A DNA stretch of 64,000 bases. Source: Phoronis australis. Lineage: Eukaryota > Animalia > Phoronida. Made by a program: the position numbers and the translations under genes. The notes beneath the pieces are model-generated. The model did not search any database. It had not been told where the DNA came from and saw only the letters and a list, made by a program, of their open reading frames with translations. The stretch is from contig NMRA01000203.1 in NCBI GenBank assembly GCA_002633005.1, forward strand, positions 475,818 through 539,817. The letters are read 5' to 3'. Shown here piece after piece: positions 1-13,808 of the stretch. Position 1 is the first letter of the stretch. The number at the start of each line of letters is the position of its first letter.

Positions 1-20
1 ACAATTCCATTCCACAACTT
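1..20 (-). CDS. possible ITPK1 micro-exon, truncated by the window edge
   Basis: Reads A|AGT TGT GGA ATG GAA TTG (S-C-G-M-E-L) in the phase required after the first coding exon, aligning with human KRGMEVVQ. The acceptor is a weak GAG with a poor pyrimidine tract. Confidence 0.25.
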
Positions 21-1801
21 CTCGCCAGCTGGCCATAAATTTGCTCGCGCTGACTATTAACGTATGAGCAGAGAGGCAAAATAAATACTTTGTTAATTTC
101 CAATCGAAATATGACGCTTCAAACACAGTCGCGATATTTGGATGTCATTATTTCTATGCTTTTTCAACACTGGCAAGTAACTTTGTGAAAATTTGTCCAT
201 ATGGGACGACTTTGCAATACTATATGGGCGACCGGTGTTTTCCAAGCATGGTTCACATAGCGCCTTCGGATTCATTTTTGATAAACAGACGAAGCTTCAT
301 CGTCGTTTGAATTTGATTAAGTTTCCGAAAGAACAAATCATACAATTAAAAAAAGGTGATTTCCATGGTTACAGTCGTCAAGAACAACATATCGCACTCT
401 CATTGGTGTTATCTATGTATATTATAAGACTGATTTTCACAATTTTCAAGGAATGTGATGTTATTGGCAGAACGGATGCCAGTCATAAATCGCACCAAAT
501 GATACTCTACATTTCACCTGAATGCTCGTTAATGTACAGATATCGCATTTGGGTTGTTCGCGATGCATGGCTGAACACGCCTACACTTCAACCAAACAAG
601 CATGGGCGAGTGAAATCGGACGCTTTGCATAAACCTATGTTACGCTTCAGTCGTAACAGGATGCTAAACTGGATGACGCAATGTTCAAAACGACTTCAAC
701 GACAGGATTATTACTAACACTTCAAGTGAATTAATTATTTTCTTAATTTAAATTACCACGATCAATTTTGAAAGAGATTCGATAATTTTTTAAAATTTTA
801 TCTTGTTTTGCAATTCACATAAGCATGTATTTAGGCTAATAATGTGTACCCCTTATCAGAATGCTGTGAACATGCTTTTTGGCAAAAATGTAGTTTTTTG
901 AAACATACGTTATAGGGGAAAAGTCCTTTCACTAGCATTCATTAAACTTTCGTACCAAAATTTTGATAAAAATGCTCATCAAAGCCGTGCCAAGGAAATT
1001 CCATAACAAAATACGTTCAAAAATACGTTCAGATTTTAAGACTTTTCTAAGAATAATACGACTCTTGATTTTAAATCAAACAGAAAAAATAAGGAAAGCT
1101 CCAATAAACAAATCTGAGACTAGACACGATTTTCACACCACGACATTGTGCCGTCAGAAAATTCAAACACAGTTAAAATCGCTGAACTCTTTCTCTATAT
1201 ATCCAGTTCCGAAGTTAGGAGTTAAAACAGCAATCGCTGAAAAACGTATTTTCGTCAACAGCCGAACACTCACCGTTTTGTTCTCAATCTATGTTCCAAA
1301 TACGCTTTACGGTATACACTGAATATGGAGGAAATGCTTTCTATATCACATTACTCTGAGTCAAATGAAGACTGAAAGTAAAGTAGCGGTCTGACTTTGA
1401 CATTATTTAATTCTACTTCAACTGTATTAGTCCAGAGGTTTATGTGAATAGTAAATTAATAGCAATTTTTGAAAGGGATGCCATCAATTTTAGAGCCGAA
1501 AATACAATTTGGGATCATTGTTGGCCAGTATGTACTTCTAGAACTTATTAGCGATGACACAGAGCTACAAATTTGTGATTTTATTCCGAATTGCAGACGT
1601 TAAGAATACGTGTGCGGCTGTTTTTCATGACTAGTCGAGTTGACAGAGGATTCTCGCGTTGAAGCACACGAAACTCAGACGAAACTTCCAACCGTTCATT
1701 ACATTTGGCAATTCATTGTAGTCAGATCGATGCCGTTAACATATTACAGAAACTAAATTTACATGTGTTACCGTTCAAGGTAGGCTTTAAAACAACAAAA
1801 T

Positions 1802-2286
1802 AGTAAATCCAGAAATGTGACGTCAGCAACATTCCACAAATTCTAGGATCTGTAAAAAATAATTCAAAAGCTTCTCGGTTGATTGGCACAACGTACATTG
1901 GACATGCCAACAATTCAAAATATCCTCATTGTTTTCTTTTTTCTTTTATCGAAACAGCTGGAGGCTGAAACCTGTTAGAAAGAGAGTTTGTTGACCTTTC
2001 ACCAACAAGGTTGAAAATGATAACATCACGTATAGGCAACAAGAACGCCATCTAACTTCGCCGGACCGTGAGAGTGAATTGATCTGCAATGATTCCGAAG
2101 CCGTACAATATTTGCCGAGAGATAAGAGTCGGATACGTACGTAACATTACATGACAAGCTGATCGACAATGAAGGCCGCTTAAGTAAGCAAAACAATAGA
2201 CACGAAATACATGGCATAATTGTATAGTAGATAACATCGAGCTTAATCAATTATTTTTGTCACTGACGTCACATTTCCGGTATACT
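1802..2286. mobile_element. MITE-like element with ~28-bp imperfect terminal inverted repeats
   Basis: AGTAAATCCAGAAATGTGACGTCAGCAACA (1802) versus the reverse complement of TGTCACTGACGTCACATTTCCGGTATACT (ending 2286). Both arms contain TGACGTCA. Confidence 0.5.
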
Positions 2287-4959
2287 CGGCACTTGCAGTC
2301 TTTTCTTTTGAAATCACAAAACTAAGAGATAATTTGACTACAAGAGCAAACAATCGTTTTGGAGCAAAAAAAACTTAGTGCTACCAAAAGACCTTTTGTG
2401 CTACAACGAACCAGAAACGACCTCTCGGCCAACAACGGAGTAGATTTGTTTGTCCTTTTTGTGGCAATAAGCGACGGGGTCAATTGAATTCGCATACAAT
2501 ATGCTCTCTCGTGCGGTGCAGATACGGGTCAAAATAAGTAAAAGGCATCACGTCGCAGTAGGCATCACGTCGCAGTCGACCTCATCACTTGCATATGTCC
2601 ACATGGCTGTCCTAAGGGACTGAGTGACCGCGACACTTCAGCAACAGATGTGGTGGGACATGTTAAAACGTGTGTGGTGAAATGTAACTTGTTGGTGTCA
2701 CGTTGTTGTCCACACATTGTATCACAGGCTTGTTTGCACTTGTGTTATTGACCTATCATGTCTCATACCTACATACCTTGACCTTTACATGATGCTACTA
2801 CTTGTACCTTTGAGAATGAGGAGTGCACCTCGAAACATGTCAGTTGTGTACTATTTAGGATATTTATTAAATGGTTGGACATAACGAATAACTATTGATT
2901 TTCAGCCCGTTGATTGAGAACAGAACTATGATCGTTTAAGTACGCGTTGATTAAGCAAAACTACGCGTTGATTAAGCACATTTCAAGTTCAACGCGTAGA
3001 AAGGTACTCGTTTAAAAACCCTTTAGTTTGGCGCCACTAATACAATCACAAGTAGATTTGCACTCTTCTATTCTAGAAACTCAAAGCAATCAACCTCTGT
3101 TCTCTAATTCTTAAGATAAGATTAATTTCAGGTAACACCTCGCTCTGCAATCAACCGAAAGCTTAAAACCAAATAAAAGAAGGACCAGCAGCAATATCAA
3201 CACTTATTGGGCACGACTACTAAAAACGTACAATGGTCTTGTGTCGGAACTAGATATGTGAATTCTCTTTTCAGTCAGTTCGGAGTTAACTCAACAACAG
3301 CGAAAGTACCCGCCCTGCATTTGAAAAAACATACACTCACACTTCGACCACGTCCACTTTATGCTCTCCAACGATCAAATTGCGCAGTTAGACACCCACC
3401 GTGCACATAAACCTGTTTTAATCGAAATAGAAGAGGGGCGGTGCTCCGGATCATAAACAAGGCTGGGAGAAATAAGTTTGAACATTCATCAAAAACAAAC
3501 GAATCACGCCGACACCAATTTAATGTTTAAATGTTCAAGCTAAACAATAAAACATATTTGTTGTGACGGAGTTATGCAAAACTAACAAATAAAAGCAACA
3601 ATTGCTAGTGCCATTTTTATGCTAACCACTCCAAAATTATTTTTCACTTGACGTTAGCAACAACTCCGAAATTAGTCAGTGTATCTCAAAAGAAAACTTA
3701 CTATTTCGTTCTTAAGCTTAAAAATTGGACGGAAATGCGCCTTCTTAAACTAATGACCTCAAAACTTTGTTTATTTCCTTAACCCATTACCACAAATCAT
3801 TTCCATGCATTCAATTTCAAAGTGATATAATTGCACATGTATCGCAGTCTCCTAATATGTTTGCTCTTTGCTTTCTATTCGTACAATTGTGGAGTATTGG
3901 ACTCGAATAAATGCATTATTATAATTATTACACTCATTAGACATCGTGCCACCACCAGTGACAGTCATAGCTATTGTCAATAACATCATCGCAGCATCAC
4001 TGAACAAAATCCACCCCACAGGTGTGTGCACCCCAGAGGTGTGTGCACGCCAGAGGTATGTGAATCGGCAAATAAATGTAACGTACAAGCTTTGGCAAAG
4101 TGACTCATTTAACGAAGTAATCGATGATAATCAGTGTGAACATTGCCGGCTCGTTCCAATACTGCAAATATTCAGCCAAGGAGAGTATGGTCTGTGAAAC
4201 GATTCATAACAGTAAAATTGATGCGTTTTGTGACAGAATTTCCAACAAAAGGGTTCAATTTTTTGGTTCGAAAAGTTTCGGCTTTCTTGTCCAGTAGTTT
4301 GCTGTAAAACATGAACTCGTTTTGATAACATGGCACCTCTTCGTGAACTGTTTCAGATTGAACAGGTTAAAAATTGTCCAGCATTACCTTCGAAAGGGTT
4401 AGATTTACGGAAACAACAACCTGCAAGTGGGTGACTTTCGACCTTTTTGTGTCGCGTGACACACACCCTGGCAAGGCAAGGAGATGACTAACGCAGCTTA
4501 ACATAAGCATAACAAAACGGACTCATAAAGTTCTGGCTGAATAGGCAAATGCCGTACCTGCAGTATTTTTCTACAACGGTTCCTTATTTTGAAGCCCCAG
4601 GACTGTTGCTCAATAATGGAGTGACTAAGATAATTCAAATCCATATCGGGGTTTTCAGACAAAAAGGGAGTTTCTGCACATCAGTTCTGACATGACCAAA
4701 AAGTAGTTAATAAGTTACTTTGCACATCAATCCAAATAAGATTGTTGTGGTCTTTGCTTACTTATCTTGACAAGCTTAAATTCTTATTGAAATATTGTTT
4801 TTGCTAAGGTGCAGAAGACGTGACGGAATCAGCAGACATGTTAAGAAGGCCTGAATACAATTATTTAGGGGCACCATTCTCTACGCAAGGTGTCTTCACA
4901 AAGGCCCAAAAACACTTTCGTCGACATGCCCGAGTTATTATGGTGGGAATTATATGACT

Positions 4960-5320
4960 TGAAAATTTTGCCAATTTTATTTTATGGCTCAGAAACATAT
5001 GGTTGTCATGAAACCAAAATCATAGAAACGGTTCATAATAAGTTCTGCAAATATCAGTTACAACTTGGTCCAAATGATTCAAATGCAGCAGCTAGAGGTT
5101 AACATGTAAGAACAACTGTAAAAGTATTGATGTTGAGCAGAGTAATTAAGTACTGGTTTAGAGCTGTCGAATTTCTAAATGGTATGTAAATGTAAATGTA
5201 AATGTGTAAATGTAAATCTGCTGTTTTTGTTAATTTGTAATGTGGGCCAGAGGCCTGTTTACTCTGATGAACATATTATTACTATTATTACTAATACAAT
5301 TAATATTACTATTATTATTG
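4960..5320 (+). pseudogene. 5'-truncated, degenerate non-LTR retrotransposon (LINE) 3' end
   Basis: Translation ILPILFYGSETYG..IIETVHNKFCKYQL..SNAAARG*..RVIKYWFR resembles the post-RT C-terminal region of LINE ORF2 (RTE-X/L2-group-like). It has an in-frame stop and ends in a (TAT/TAC)n tail at 5273-5320. Confidence 0.7.
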
Positions 5321-5321
5321 T

Positions 5322-5419
5322 TAAATAGTAAAAGTAAAACGACCAGGGTCGGTACTAAAACCTGGAAAAGATTTTAATATATTTTAGTACCAATGTTGTC
5401 ATTTTACTTTCACTATTTT
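5322..5419. repeat. short foldback (imperfect inverted repeat)
   Basis: TAAATAGTAAAAGTAAAACGAC..GGTACTAAAA versus TTTTAGTACC..GTCATTTTACTTTCACTATTTA. Confidence 0.65.
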
Positions 5420-5656
5420 ATATTCTTATCCGTCAGTAACTGTACAGCATTCCAGCGTCTATTTTCCATATTATTATTATTAACAGTTCCAGAATAGTTT
5501 GGGACAGTCGTAAGTAAGAATCCAACTTTATCCTTTTAGTGAAGTTTGAGACTGTATAAAAGTCCACTGTCATGGTTGTTCACCACAGATGCATTACGGG
5601 TAGGATCAGACGTTACACTTGGTAAACTCATGTGTACAGATTGCAGGGATACTTAC

Positions 5657-5745
5657 GACTCGCAAAACTGGATGAATTCCAAAAACTTCAGTTTTCTCGT
5701 CTTTTCCTCAGAGAACCACCACCCAATCCTTCGAATCTTCGACAT
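5657..5745 (-). CDS. ITPK1: ITPK1-like inositol-tetrakisphosphate 1-kinase, first coding exon; the gene continues leftward and downstream exons are not securely located
   Basis: The minus strand reads MSKIRRIGWWFSEEKTRKLKFLEFIQFCE(S), then a strong donor TC|GTAAGT (phase 2). This matches the ITPK1 N-terminus as recalled (human KRVGYWLSEKKIKKLNFQAFAELCR). An upstream acceptor TTTTGACAACAG at 5762-5763 defines the exon as 5657-5761. Confidence 0.8.
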
Positions 5746-8463
5746 GTTTAAACTGCGACCTCTGTTGTCAAAACATCTCTGCGGAAATTGTAATACCCGT
5801 AACGCCTACAACGAACAGAGAGACGATTCAAGGTATTCGCTGTCTGATCATGAAGCAAAGAAGGCACTTAGACTAAAACATCGATCAAACCCGGTTGCTG
5901 AGGAGCAAAGTATGACTAAACGTCGGGAGCAACAATGAGGGCTGGTATACATGACATCATTATTTGAATTTAATAAACAATAACACGACAAGCCTACCTA
6001 CACCTTTCGAAATACTGCCCTCTTCACTGTCCTTCATACATAGCATACAAAATTTTATAACAATTCAACATATTCAAAAAATCAATCAATGGTCAAACAA
6101 ATTCCCTTAGGAACATTATTGACGTATCGACCAATTTGCATGTTTCTATGTTCTACACAATACCATTGAATCTTTGATTTCAAGAAACCACATGAATGGT
6201 AGGATAACGAACAACTCCACAGGTACTTGACAAGATGGAATCTCAAATCATACAAAACAAATACAATAAGCCCAATGGGTTGGTGTTATTTTTCCAAAAT
6301 TGTATGAATTCTTTAAACCCATTTCACTATTATAAAAAAATCATCCATTCATTTATTCATTCATCCATTCAACTATAAGACATACATTACATTACATTCA
6401 GAACTTGATGTTTAACCAACAGTTAACGTCATGCTAAGCTGGGAATGGAGTTTGGTCACCGAGTATGGAGCATTTTCGGCGCGTCCGTGGAGTCTGGAGA
6501 TTTGTACCGCGAGTTTGTTGTCTTCTGGTTCGGGACTGGGGTTTAGAAGATAGCTGAAATTAAGAGGCGCGTCCATGGAATCGTTTCTAGTCCCTAATTA
6601 GGGAAAGTTAGAAAAATATTTCATTTACGATACTGATGATATAAAAAAGCCCGCCCTCAACCACTACGATGGGAAACAAGAGTGCTCGACGATTTGCCGG
6701 ACCCGACAAGCCCATTTTACGGTCGAAGTTCAGATTTGACCCGTTTATTGCCACAATGTCGTAATTTTATCGTGTCGCCCTCCCTGGTTATTTACGATGA
6801 ATGACTTTGACGGGCGCACACCTCACAGGACACGAGCCCAGCTCGGACACACTAACTGTTGAAGCACTTCACGACGCTTTCCAATATTCAAATGACCCCT
6901 GGCGTATGAGTAGATAAAATTGGCACTATAATAAACACACGTGTGTTATATTTCTTCTTTTTCTATAGATGTGGGACTGAATGCCGCATATTTTTCATTA
7001 TGACTTTGGCGCATCATTTTGTTTTCAAATTTGAGTTTTTTATGGCGCGTGTTTCCCACATGGAAACATGTACAAGTTGTGGGTACGGCTCAGAAATGAT
7101 CCAAAATTCAAGAAACGTGAAGGCAAATTCAGCAACAGACTAGTGAGAAGTAACATAAATTTCTATACAATACGCTGTGGAAAATTCTGTCTCGTGGACG
7201 GACCGATAAACAAAACACCGTTAACTTGTTCTATGTCGCCTACGAAAATAGAGCGTTATATTGTGACTAGGCTATAACGAAAGCAAAACAATCGCCTTTA
7301 TGTGAACGGGTTTACTCAAACTACACGAATATTCTTTCACCTAAAATGAACAGGAACTTGTTCAATAAACATCAGCTATGACCTTCGTTAACTGACCCAA
7401 AACGGGGTCTTGTTACTTGAAACATTAGCATTTCCCAGGTTATGCATTTAAAACGAAAGAGGAATCCTCTGAGCAAGAAGAATAGGACAGCCACGACAAC
7501 GTAACAATTTCGTAAACACTACGAAAGTGCAATCCTGAAAACAATATAAACCAACGTACTTCGATTGATCATATCAAATCAATGGAAACCACTTTTCCTA
7601 CAGTATCTTCTGATAAGTCAAACCATGAAATCAAACACCAGTCTTCCTTTGTTCAAGGAATTTTCGGGGATTTCGTACATGCCGTGTCAGCAATACGCTC
7701 CCCAATAAACAGCAGTAGCACTTTTGACGTGGACATTTCCAGAGATCTCCGATAAGTTTTTAGAGGGGTCATATCTCTGTTCGATAGACGGTCTCGTTAA
7801 CTGGTTACCACTACAATGTCAAAGCAACTTACTCTGAAATCATCATGTTTGATAATAAAATGTTACTTCTATCATCCTCTGGTGAAGGCCTACTCGAAAG
7901 CCCCAGGTACACGAAAGAACGGCGAGAGAGGAGAATCAACACCATAAATATCCCTCCACCTTTTTACAGAGTTAGAATGAATAAAAGTTGTCCATTTATA
8001 GAAATATTAGCAATGCCACCTTCTCTCCACTTTTTGTGGATTTTAAGCTATCAAAACGCCAACACTTCGGACTAAAATGTTTTAACACTGTGAACCTAAA
8101 TACTATGTGGACAAATGTTCAGGTGCAAAATGGATTCCTTTATACCTCACCAAGTGTACCCTTTAGTAAGTAATCTGGACGAATACGTCACCTACAGCAA
8201 TATTCAACACACATCTATGTGCAACTATAAGGCACAAATCCACAGGAAAAGTCTTCATGACTGTATGTGATGGGGTCTATGGTTTCAAACAGCAAACGAT
8301 CATTTACACTGCAACTCAAAAATAACCCTCGCAAATATAATGTTGACTACTTTACTTATGTACTCATCCAAGCATTTTGTTTAGGAGGAAGCTTTGAAAT
8401 GATTTTTATACTCCTGTGTTAGTTTCAGTAAAAAAATTAGTCAGTGAAAGTGTATGACCACAA

Positions 8464-8890
8464 CCCCCAGGGGTACTCTGCTAAAAGAGGTATATTCGGA
8501 ATGGGCCGCTCAGATAGGTGACTTCATCGTCACAGTTTACCCATGAAAAGGTAGGTTTTCCAATGAAATTTCCGACAAAAGTGTATCATGTCAAAATTCT
8601 CCGAAAGGTTCTTTTTCCAACTACAAAAAAATTCACAGGGGTTTTAATAATTATCTATCTAAAATTCAGGTTGCAAAAGATGTACAACATGGCATCCCTT
8701 CTTGTCCAAGAATCCATGTGAAAGGATTGTTTGTGGACATAATCCCTTCTGTTTCAGAAGGCAACGAAAGACTTTGTATGAAAGCTCCCTAGCACTGGGT
8801 ACCATTATTGAGTTCACTCCTTAAACGGGTGCATATTCTAATTTCCCCAGATGCATTCACGTAAAAATATAGTGGCGTGTACCCCCCGGG
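8464..8890. mobile_element. non-autonomous DNA transposon with CCC...GGG termini
   Basis: Left end CCCCCAGGGGTAC, right end GTACCCCCCGGG; no coding capacity. Confidence 0.5.
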
Positions 8891-9256
8891 ATACGACCAA
8901 ACCAATGATCAAGCTGCACAAGACTAGACTGCGATAAGAAACCAATGAAACTGAACCAACACTACTCCTGATGAAAACAGTCAGGGGCAGCGTAGATGAA
9001 CACCTATAGTGGTCTGGACATCACCCTGGTAAATATTATGAAAGCAGCGGATTAACCTTCACAACGCTGAAACACAAAACGATAAGTACAAATAGCAATG
9101 ACCTACAATACTTATGCAGACAATGGTTGCTGTGTTGTGAGGATCGCCTGTGCAGTACAACTGAACAGCATATTTCTTAATCTTTCATTACTAGACGACT
9201 GTCCTGAAAGGCGTGTCAGTTATTACCCACGATCCGCAACATTATCCACGGCTTAC

Positions 9257-9660
9257 CTTGCGAATCCAACAATCGCGATTTATTCCGTTTGATGCGGCAA
9301 ATATTACCGCAAACTAAGCTTCGTCAACATCCCTTTGACTCTTTATGACTGGTCTGAGTCACAAAACGACCGAAGCGTCATCTGCAGTGAAAGGCACCAA
9401 CTACCCATACCGAGGGCTCACTTAAACCAGCGCCACCTGTGCCAAGCTGGCACCTAGACTGTCCAAGCACAAAACTCTACTCTCACGTACGCTATTCCGC
9501 TCACACGTACGCATATCCCTTCTCCTCCACCGCTTTTTCTTTGCTAGCGCACGGCACATTGTAACATTTCCCTTGCCGTCAAAAGCTAGTCTATACCCTC
9601 ACATAGTTCCCTTCTCTCGCCGGGTCACTTTGCATAATCTGATATAAAGTCTCTTCCGTC
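9257..9660 (-). promoter_or_regulatory. candidate non-coding first exon and promoter of the ITPK1-like gene
   Basis: Strong minus-strand donor AAG|GTAAGC at 9255-9256, followed by a CpG-rich segment with no open frame. A possible 10-nt UTR micro-exon lies at 9057-9066 (TTTCAG|...AAG|GTTAAT). Inference only. Confidence 0.35.
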
Positions 9661-12289
9661 GCAGGGATGAATAGTGAATAAGCGTGAAAAAATCTCTTTA
9701 ATGATATGGTGTCCACAATTAAGTTTATAACTGTGGTGTTTTATTACTTCAAAATCTTAGCTATTTCAATTTTAAATGTCATAGTAGGCAATTGAATTAT
9801 GATTTTTTAAACTATGCTGGGTTTTTGTTTTTTCATTTTGTTCTTTTATTTTCATGTGTTTTCGTTCGTTATTTTATTTGTGTTATAGATCATTATTACA
9901 TTTTACTTAAATAGTTTATCGCTACGTTTATATAAGCCAGAAAAATAATGACTCGTATCTAGCCTAATAATTTGTACTATTATTGCCTTGTCTCACACTT
10001 GTGTTGTAACAGAAAGTCTCGTTGACATTTCTTGGGGGTCTACTCTTATAACGAATTTGCCTGTAAGTGCAGCATTAACCACTACAGGCAACACATTAAC
10101 CACTAAAGGCTACACAGTTGTTAACGTTATGGAGGAAATTCCTGAAATAACTGACTCTTCATTAATCCGGCTTTGTCATTCAAACACCTTCAAGTGACTA
10201 AAAACCAAGTAATATGAATTGTGTAATTTTGGTATCCCTTCTAAATTTCAAAGTGTGTTCAGGGTCTCTTAGGCAAGATTACTTCATTACATGATTTTTA
10301 GCGATCTTGTTATTTCAATTTTTAGAAAAAAATTGAAAATGGCTAAAATTCTTTCGTGTCATGTGATCTAACACATCCATAATCTGTGATAGTTCAGCGT
10401 TCTACTGAAGAAGTGAAAATTGTTTAGTGGAAACTTCATTCTATCCAAGCACAAATTATGAAGCGACTTTCTCGTGCAGTGCAGAGTATTTCAACTAAAA
10501 GCGGCTCTTTGGACTGTAACATTTCATTACAGTATACATAAACATAAAAAAGAACTTGAGTATGACACCAATCTGACACAGAATTTCCGACCATTCGAGA
10601 CAACAATGTCGGAAACGGCAATTTTGGCCATAAACGCATATACTTCACATTGGCATCTGTAAAATAACTTATCAGTGCATCTAGACTGTTTTTATACCAT
10701 GACCGTATGATTCAAGATTACTTTCTAGAGAACCGATGTCATCGCGACAAATCCAAGCACCAAAAACATTCCAGTTCGCAATCCAGTTCCTTCAGCCCGA
10801 CGTAGGCCTAGACACGTGCTCGTTTGGTGTCGTATCCTCAATAACCTGCTGGGCCATGCTGTCCAAAATGTCAAGTACGCCGCAGGGACATTTCAGTACT
10901 TGTCATCGGGCACATTAAAGCGCTTGGCAGCGACAGCACTTGCGGCGTGCTTCTCGAGAAAAGAACAAACACAGTGTTATAACGTTTTCTTGCTAATTAA
11001 CTGGTTTTCCCTAATCGCACTATCCACATTTTGCACCTGAACGTGAGCCTCTTTGTGAGGCCTCCTCTTTTTGAAATGCACTGAAGAGGGTAAAACAGGA
11101 AGTAGAATCACGTCCTTAATTCACTGTGCGGGACAATAAATCTCAATTGTCAGTTAAAAAGTACTTTGGTCAGGCCGTTTCTCCAGGATGTTCTTTTAAA
11201 TTAAGAACCCCTCAAAAAGACCCGGAGTCATAATTCAACATTGAAAACTATACTCTTGGAGTCAAAATTAAGATATTGCGCGTACTTTATGTACAAACGA
11301 CATTGTTGTCAACTGCAGGTCCTATTGATACTCCACAAAGTATCGAGAGTGGTCTCTGTCCGGACCGTTGTCATTCAACCTTGAAGTGGACATATGCGTA
11401 GGTCGCCATCAAGCTAATCTTTTATTACACTCCTCGGTATTTCTGTGTTTCGAAATTGGTCATGGTAAACTCCGCTGCTAGTACACGTAACCCATCCAGG
11501 TTTTTAATCGACACACAGCGAAACCGTGCTGTACTGAACAGGGAGAAACAGTGACATAGACAATAGTCTAAATATTTATACTGTAGGTGAATGTGAAAAG
11601 TACAACACGTTACACCATGTTAATTAAAAAAAAACGTCACAGAATATCAGGTAATTGAGACACGACTCAAATCCTAACATAGATACTGGTACAAAATGTT
11701 ATTTCCTTTTGAGTTCACTGTTTAGAAAGAGTCGTCAATAATCAAAAGATGGCGTTGATGTACAAAAAAATTGTTTGAAAGAAATCGCAATCGCTGAATA
11801 ATCTTTTCAACTTGGGAGTATAAGTCGTCCTCCAAAGGCAGCACTTTGCCTACGAAAACTACTTCAAACGACTTGACTGGTCGGTTTGGCAGCATATTCT
11901 AGAAAAAAAGTTTCCAGAGAATGTATCTTCTCCGTAGTTCTTGAGAACACAGTAAGTAAGCACAGACACAGGCACTGCATCACTTTTAAAAACCACTGAA
12001 ACTTCTAATAAACTGTGAAGGGCTTTCGTTCTGACCTGTTGCGTCCAGCTCAGCAAAATTGAGAAAAAAGGAATAAATAGTCGTATTAAACCACGTTTTT
12101 GCAACACAAATTATCATTATACCTAGACAACTGGACTTAATGGTTGAAGATAGAAATAACAGGCAAATGTACACTATGAATAAAATGGACATAATGGGTT
12201 GAATGGACATCATGTGTAAACTGGACTTAATGGGTCAAAATGGACACAATGGGCTGAATTGCTACACAACGTAGGCATACACTAGAAAG

Positions 12290-12670
12290 ATGTTGATGGT
12301 GATGATGACCATAATGATGATAGTTGTTAATGATTGATAATTGAAGATGACGGTGATGATGATGGTGGTGGTGGTGGTGATGAAGATGAAAATGATGATG
12401 ATGATGATTGATGGCAATTTCTGGCGATAATATTTTTTATGATGACTTATAGATATAATGGGCCAGTAATGTGTACAATGGGCATACTACACGGCTGCGC
12501 CTACAACAGAAATTTGATGGTGGTGATAATGATGATGATGATGACGATGATGATGATGATGACGATGACGATGACGGTGACGATGACTATGACGATGAAG
12601 AAGACGATGACGATGACGATGATAATCATGATGATGATGATATCCATGATGATGATTGACGATGATGAGA
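12290..12670. repeat. compound (GAT/GAC/GGT)n microsatellites
   Basis: Two trinucleotide tracts at ~12290-12412 and ~12515-12670. Confidence 0.95.
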
Positions 12671-12839
12671 ATTCTGCTTTCACAAGTCACCAACAACGAG
12701 AACAGTATTATTATGAATTACAGTGTGTCTAAAACATCTTATTTTCTGAATCATGTTAAGAAGCTTTCGGATATTGACATACGTTTTGCCCTCGATCAAT
12801 TCTGCACTGATGGCAGATCGATAACTTCGACATCGATCT

Positions 12840-13057
12840 TTGGCGTATGAGCATGGTAACAAACTATAATATGGCACTCGGTTGTAAGGAACAATTGCAT
12901 GAACAATAAACTATCGGTCACTGCATGGTGTGATCGATATGATCCAAAGCAACAAAGCAAGTATCGACGAACGATCAACAGATTTGAAGTAGGTGCCTTA
13001 CACGCAACAAACGATTCGCGTATTTATCAACAAGTTACACCAGTAAAAGAAGGAAAG
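12840..13057 (+). promoter_or_regulatory. candidate promoter / non-coding exon 1 of the LRRC74-like gene
   Basis: Consensus donor AAG|GTGAGT at 13058. The ATG exon starts 1 nt after an acceptor (13529-13530), so an upstream UTR exon is required. An RFX half-site CATGGTAAC lies at 12852. Confidence 0.4.
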
Positions 13058-13531
13058 GTGAGTTTTTTAAGATTTTTTTTCGTAATATTTCCGTGATTAG
13101 GCAAATATATCTGAAAGAGGTTGTTCTATCTGTTACCGTATTGACGGAAATTCGCACTTCAAGTTAGAGGTAGTGTTAACGTTCCGTATTCGAGGGATTT
13201 TTCACCAAAGTAAGGTATAGTAAGGAAAGCAGTTAAACTGTTAGCATAATTCATATAAAAAGGTTTGAAATTTATAACATGGCATTGAAACCTTTAATTT
13301 TTCAATTGAAAAGCAAAATAAATGGAAATAGCATATTTTAGAAAAATGCACTTGTTTTAAAGCGTTCACGTTTCTATGAATACATGTAAAAGCAGTATTT
13401 CGTGTGGCAACTATGAAGTGCCGACTATCTAGAAAAAAGGGACTTATTTTTCCACGATTTTGGAAAGTCGTTTTCCAAATGTGATTTGCCATTCAGTTAG
13501 CTGTTGTATAACTCTTAATAACTTTTGCAGA

Positions 13532-13808
13532 ATGTCTAAGGAAGGTGTCGAAGTAACCGCCCAAAACTCCATAATATCACCCTCAGCCCGATCCCCTGAA
13601 CCAGAAAGTTTGCCAAGTATTCACGAAGAACTTATATCCGAAAACGAAGATGCAGATGACGATGAAGCAGACTCAGTCGAAGGAGAAACAAAAGTACCGC
13701 TCCCTCATCGGTGGCAGCATGAAATCAAAGAACCGGAAGTGGATATTTTGAAAGGAGAAGATTTTGATACGGATTTGGAAAGCGAAGGAGAAATAGAAGA
13801 AAGAATAA
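13532..13808 (+). CDS. LRRC74: LRRC74-like coding exon 1
   Basis: TTTTGCAG|A-ATG; MSKEGVEV...DFDTDLESEGEIEERI; donor GTAAGC. Confidence 0.85.

Noticed and set aside
193-1322. ORFs 193-717 (174 aa) and 963-1322 (119 aa)
   Set aside because: No recognisable domain and TTG starts; they lie antisense within the presumed ITPK1 intron.
3341-3365. 25-nt AG/GT-bounded unit as the ITPK1 micro-exon (HKVDVVE-like)
   Set aside because: In the required phase it reads A GCA TAA (stop); the attractive peptide is in another frame.
5998-6037. Upstream ATG exon (MKDSEEGSISKGV) as an ITPK1 N-terminal extension
   Set aside because: Splicing to the 5761 acceptor reaches TAA before the ITPK1 ATG and is out of frame; at most a uORF.
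12439-12732. Poly-Met/Asp/His/Ile ORFs in several frames (also 15307-15546)
   Set aside because: These are translations of (GAT)n microsatellites with no coding context. Only 15542-15649 is a real exon.
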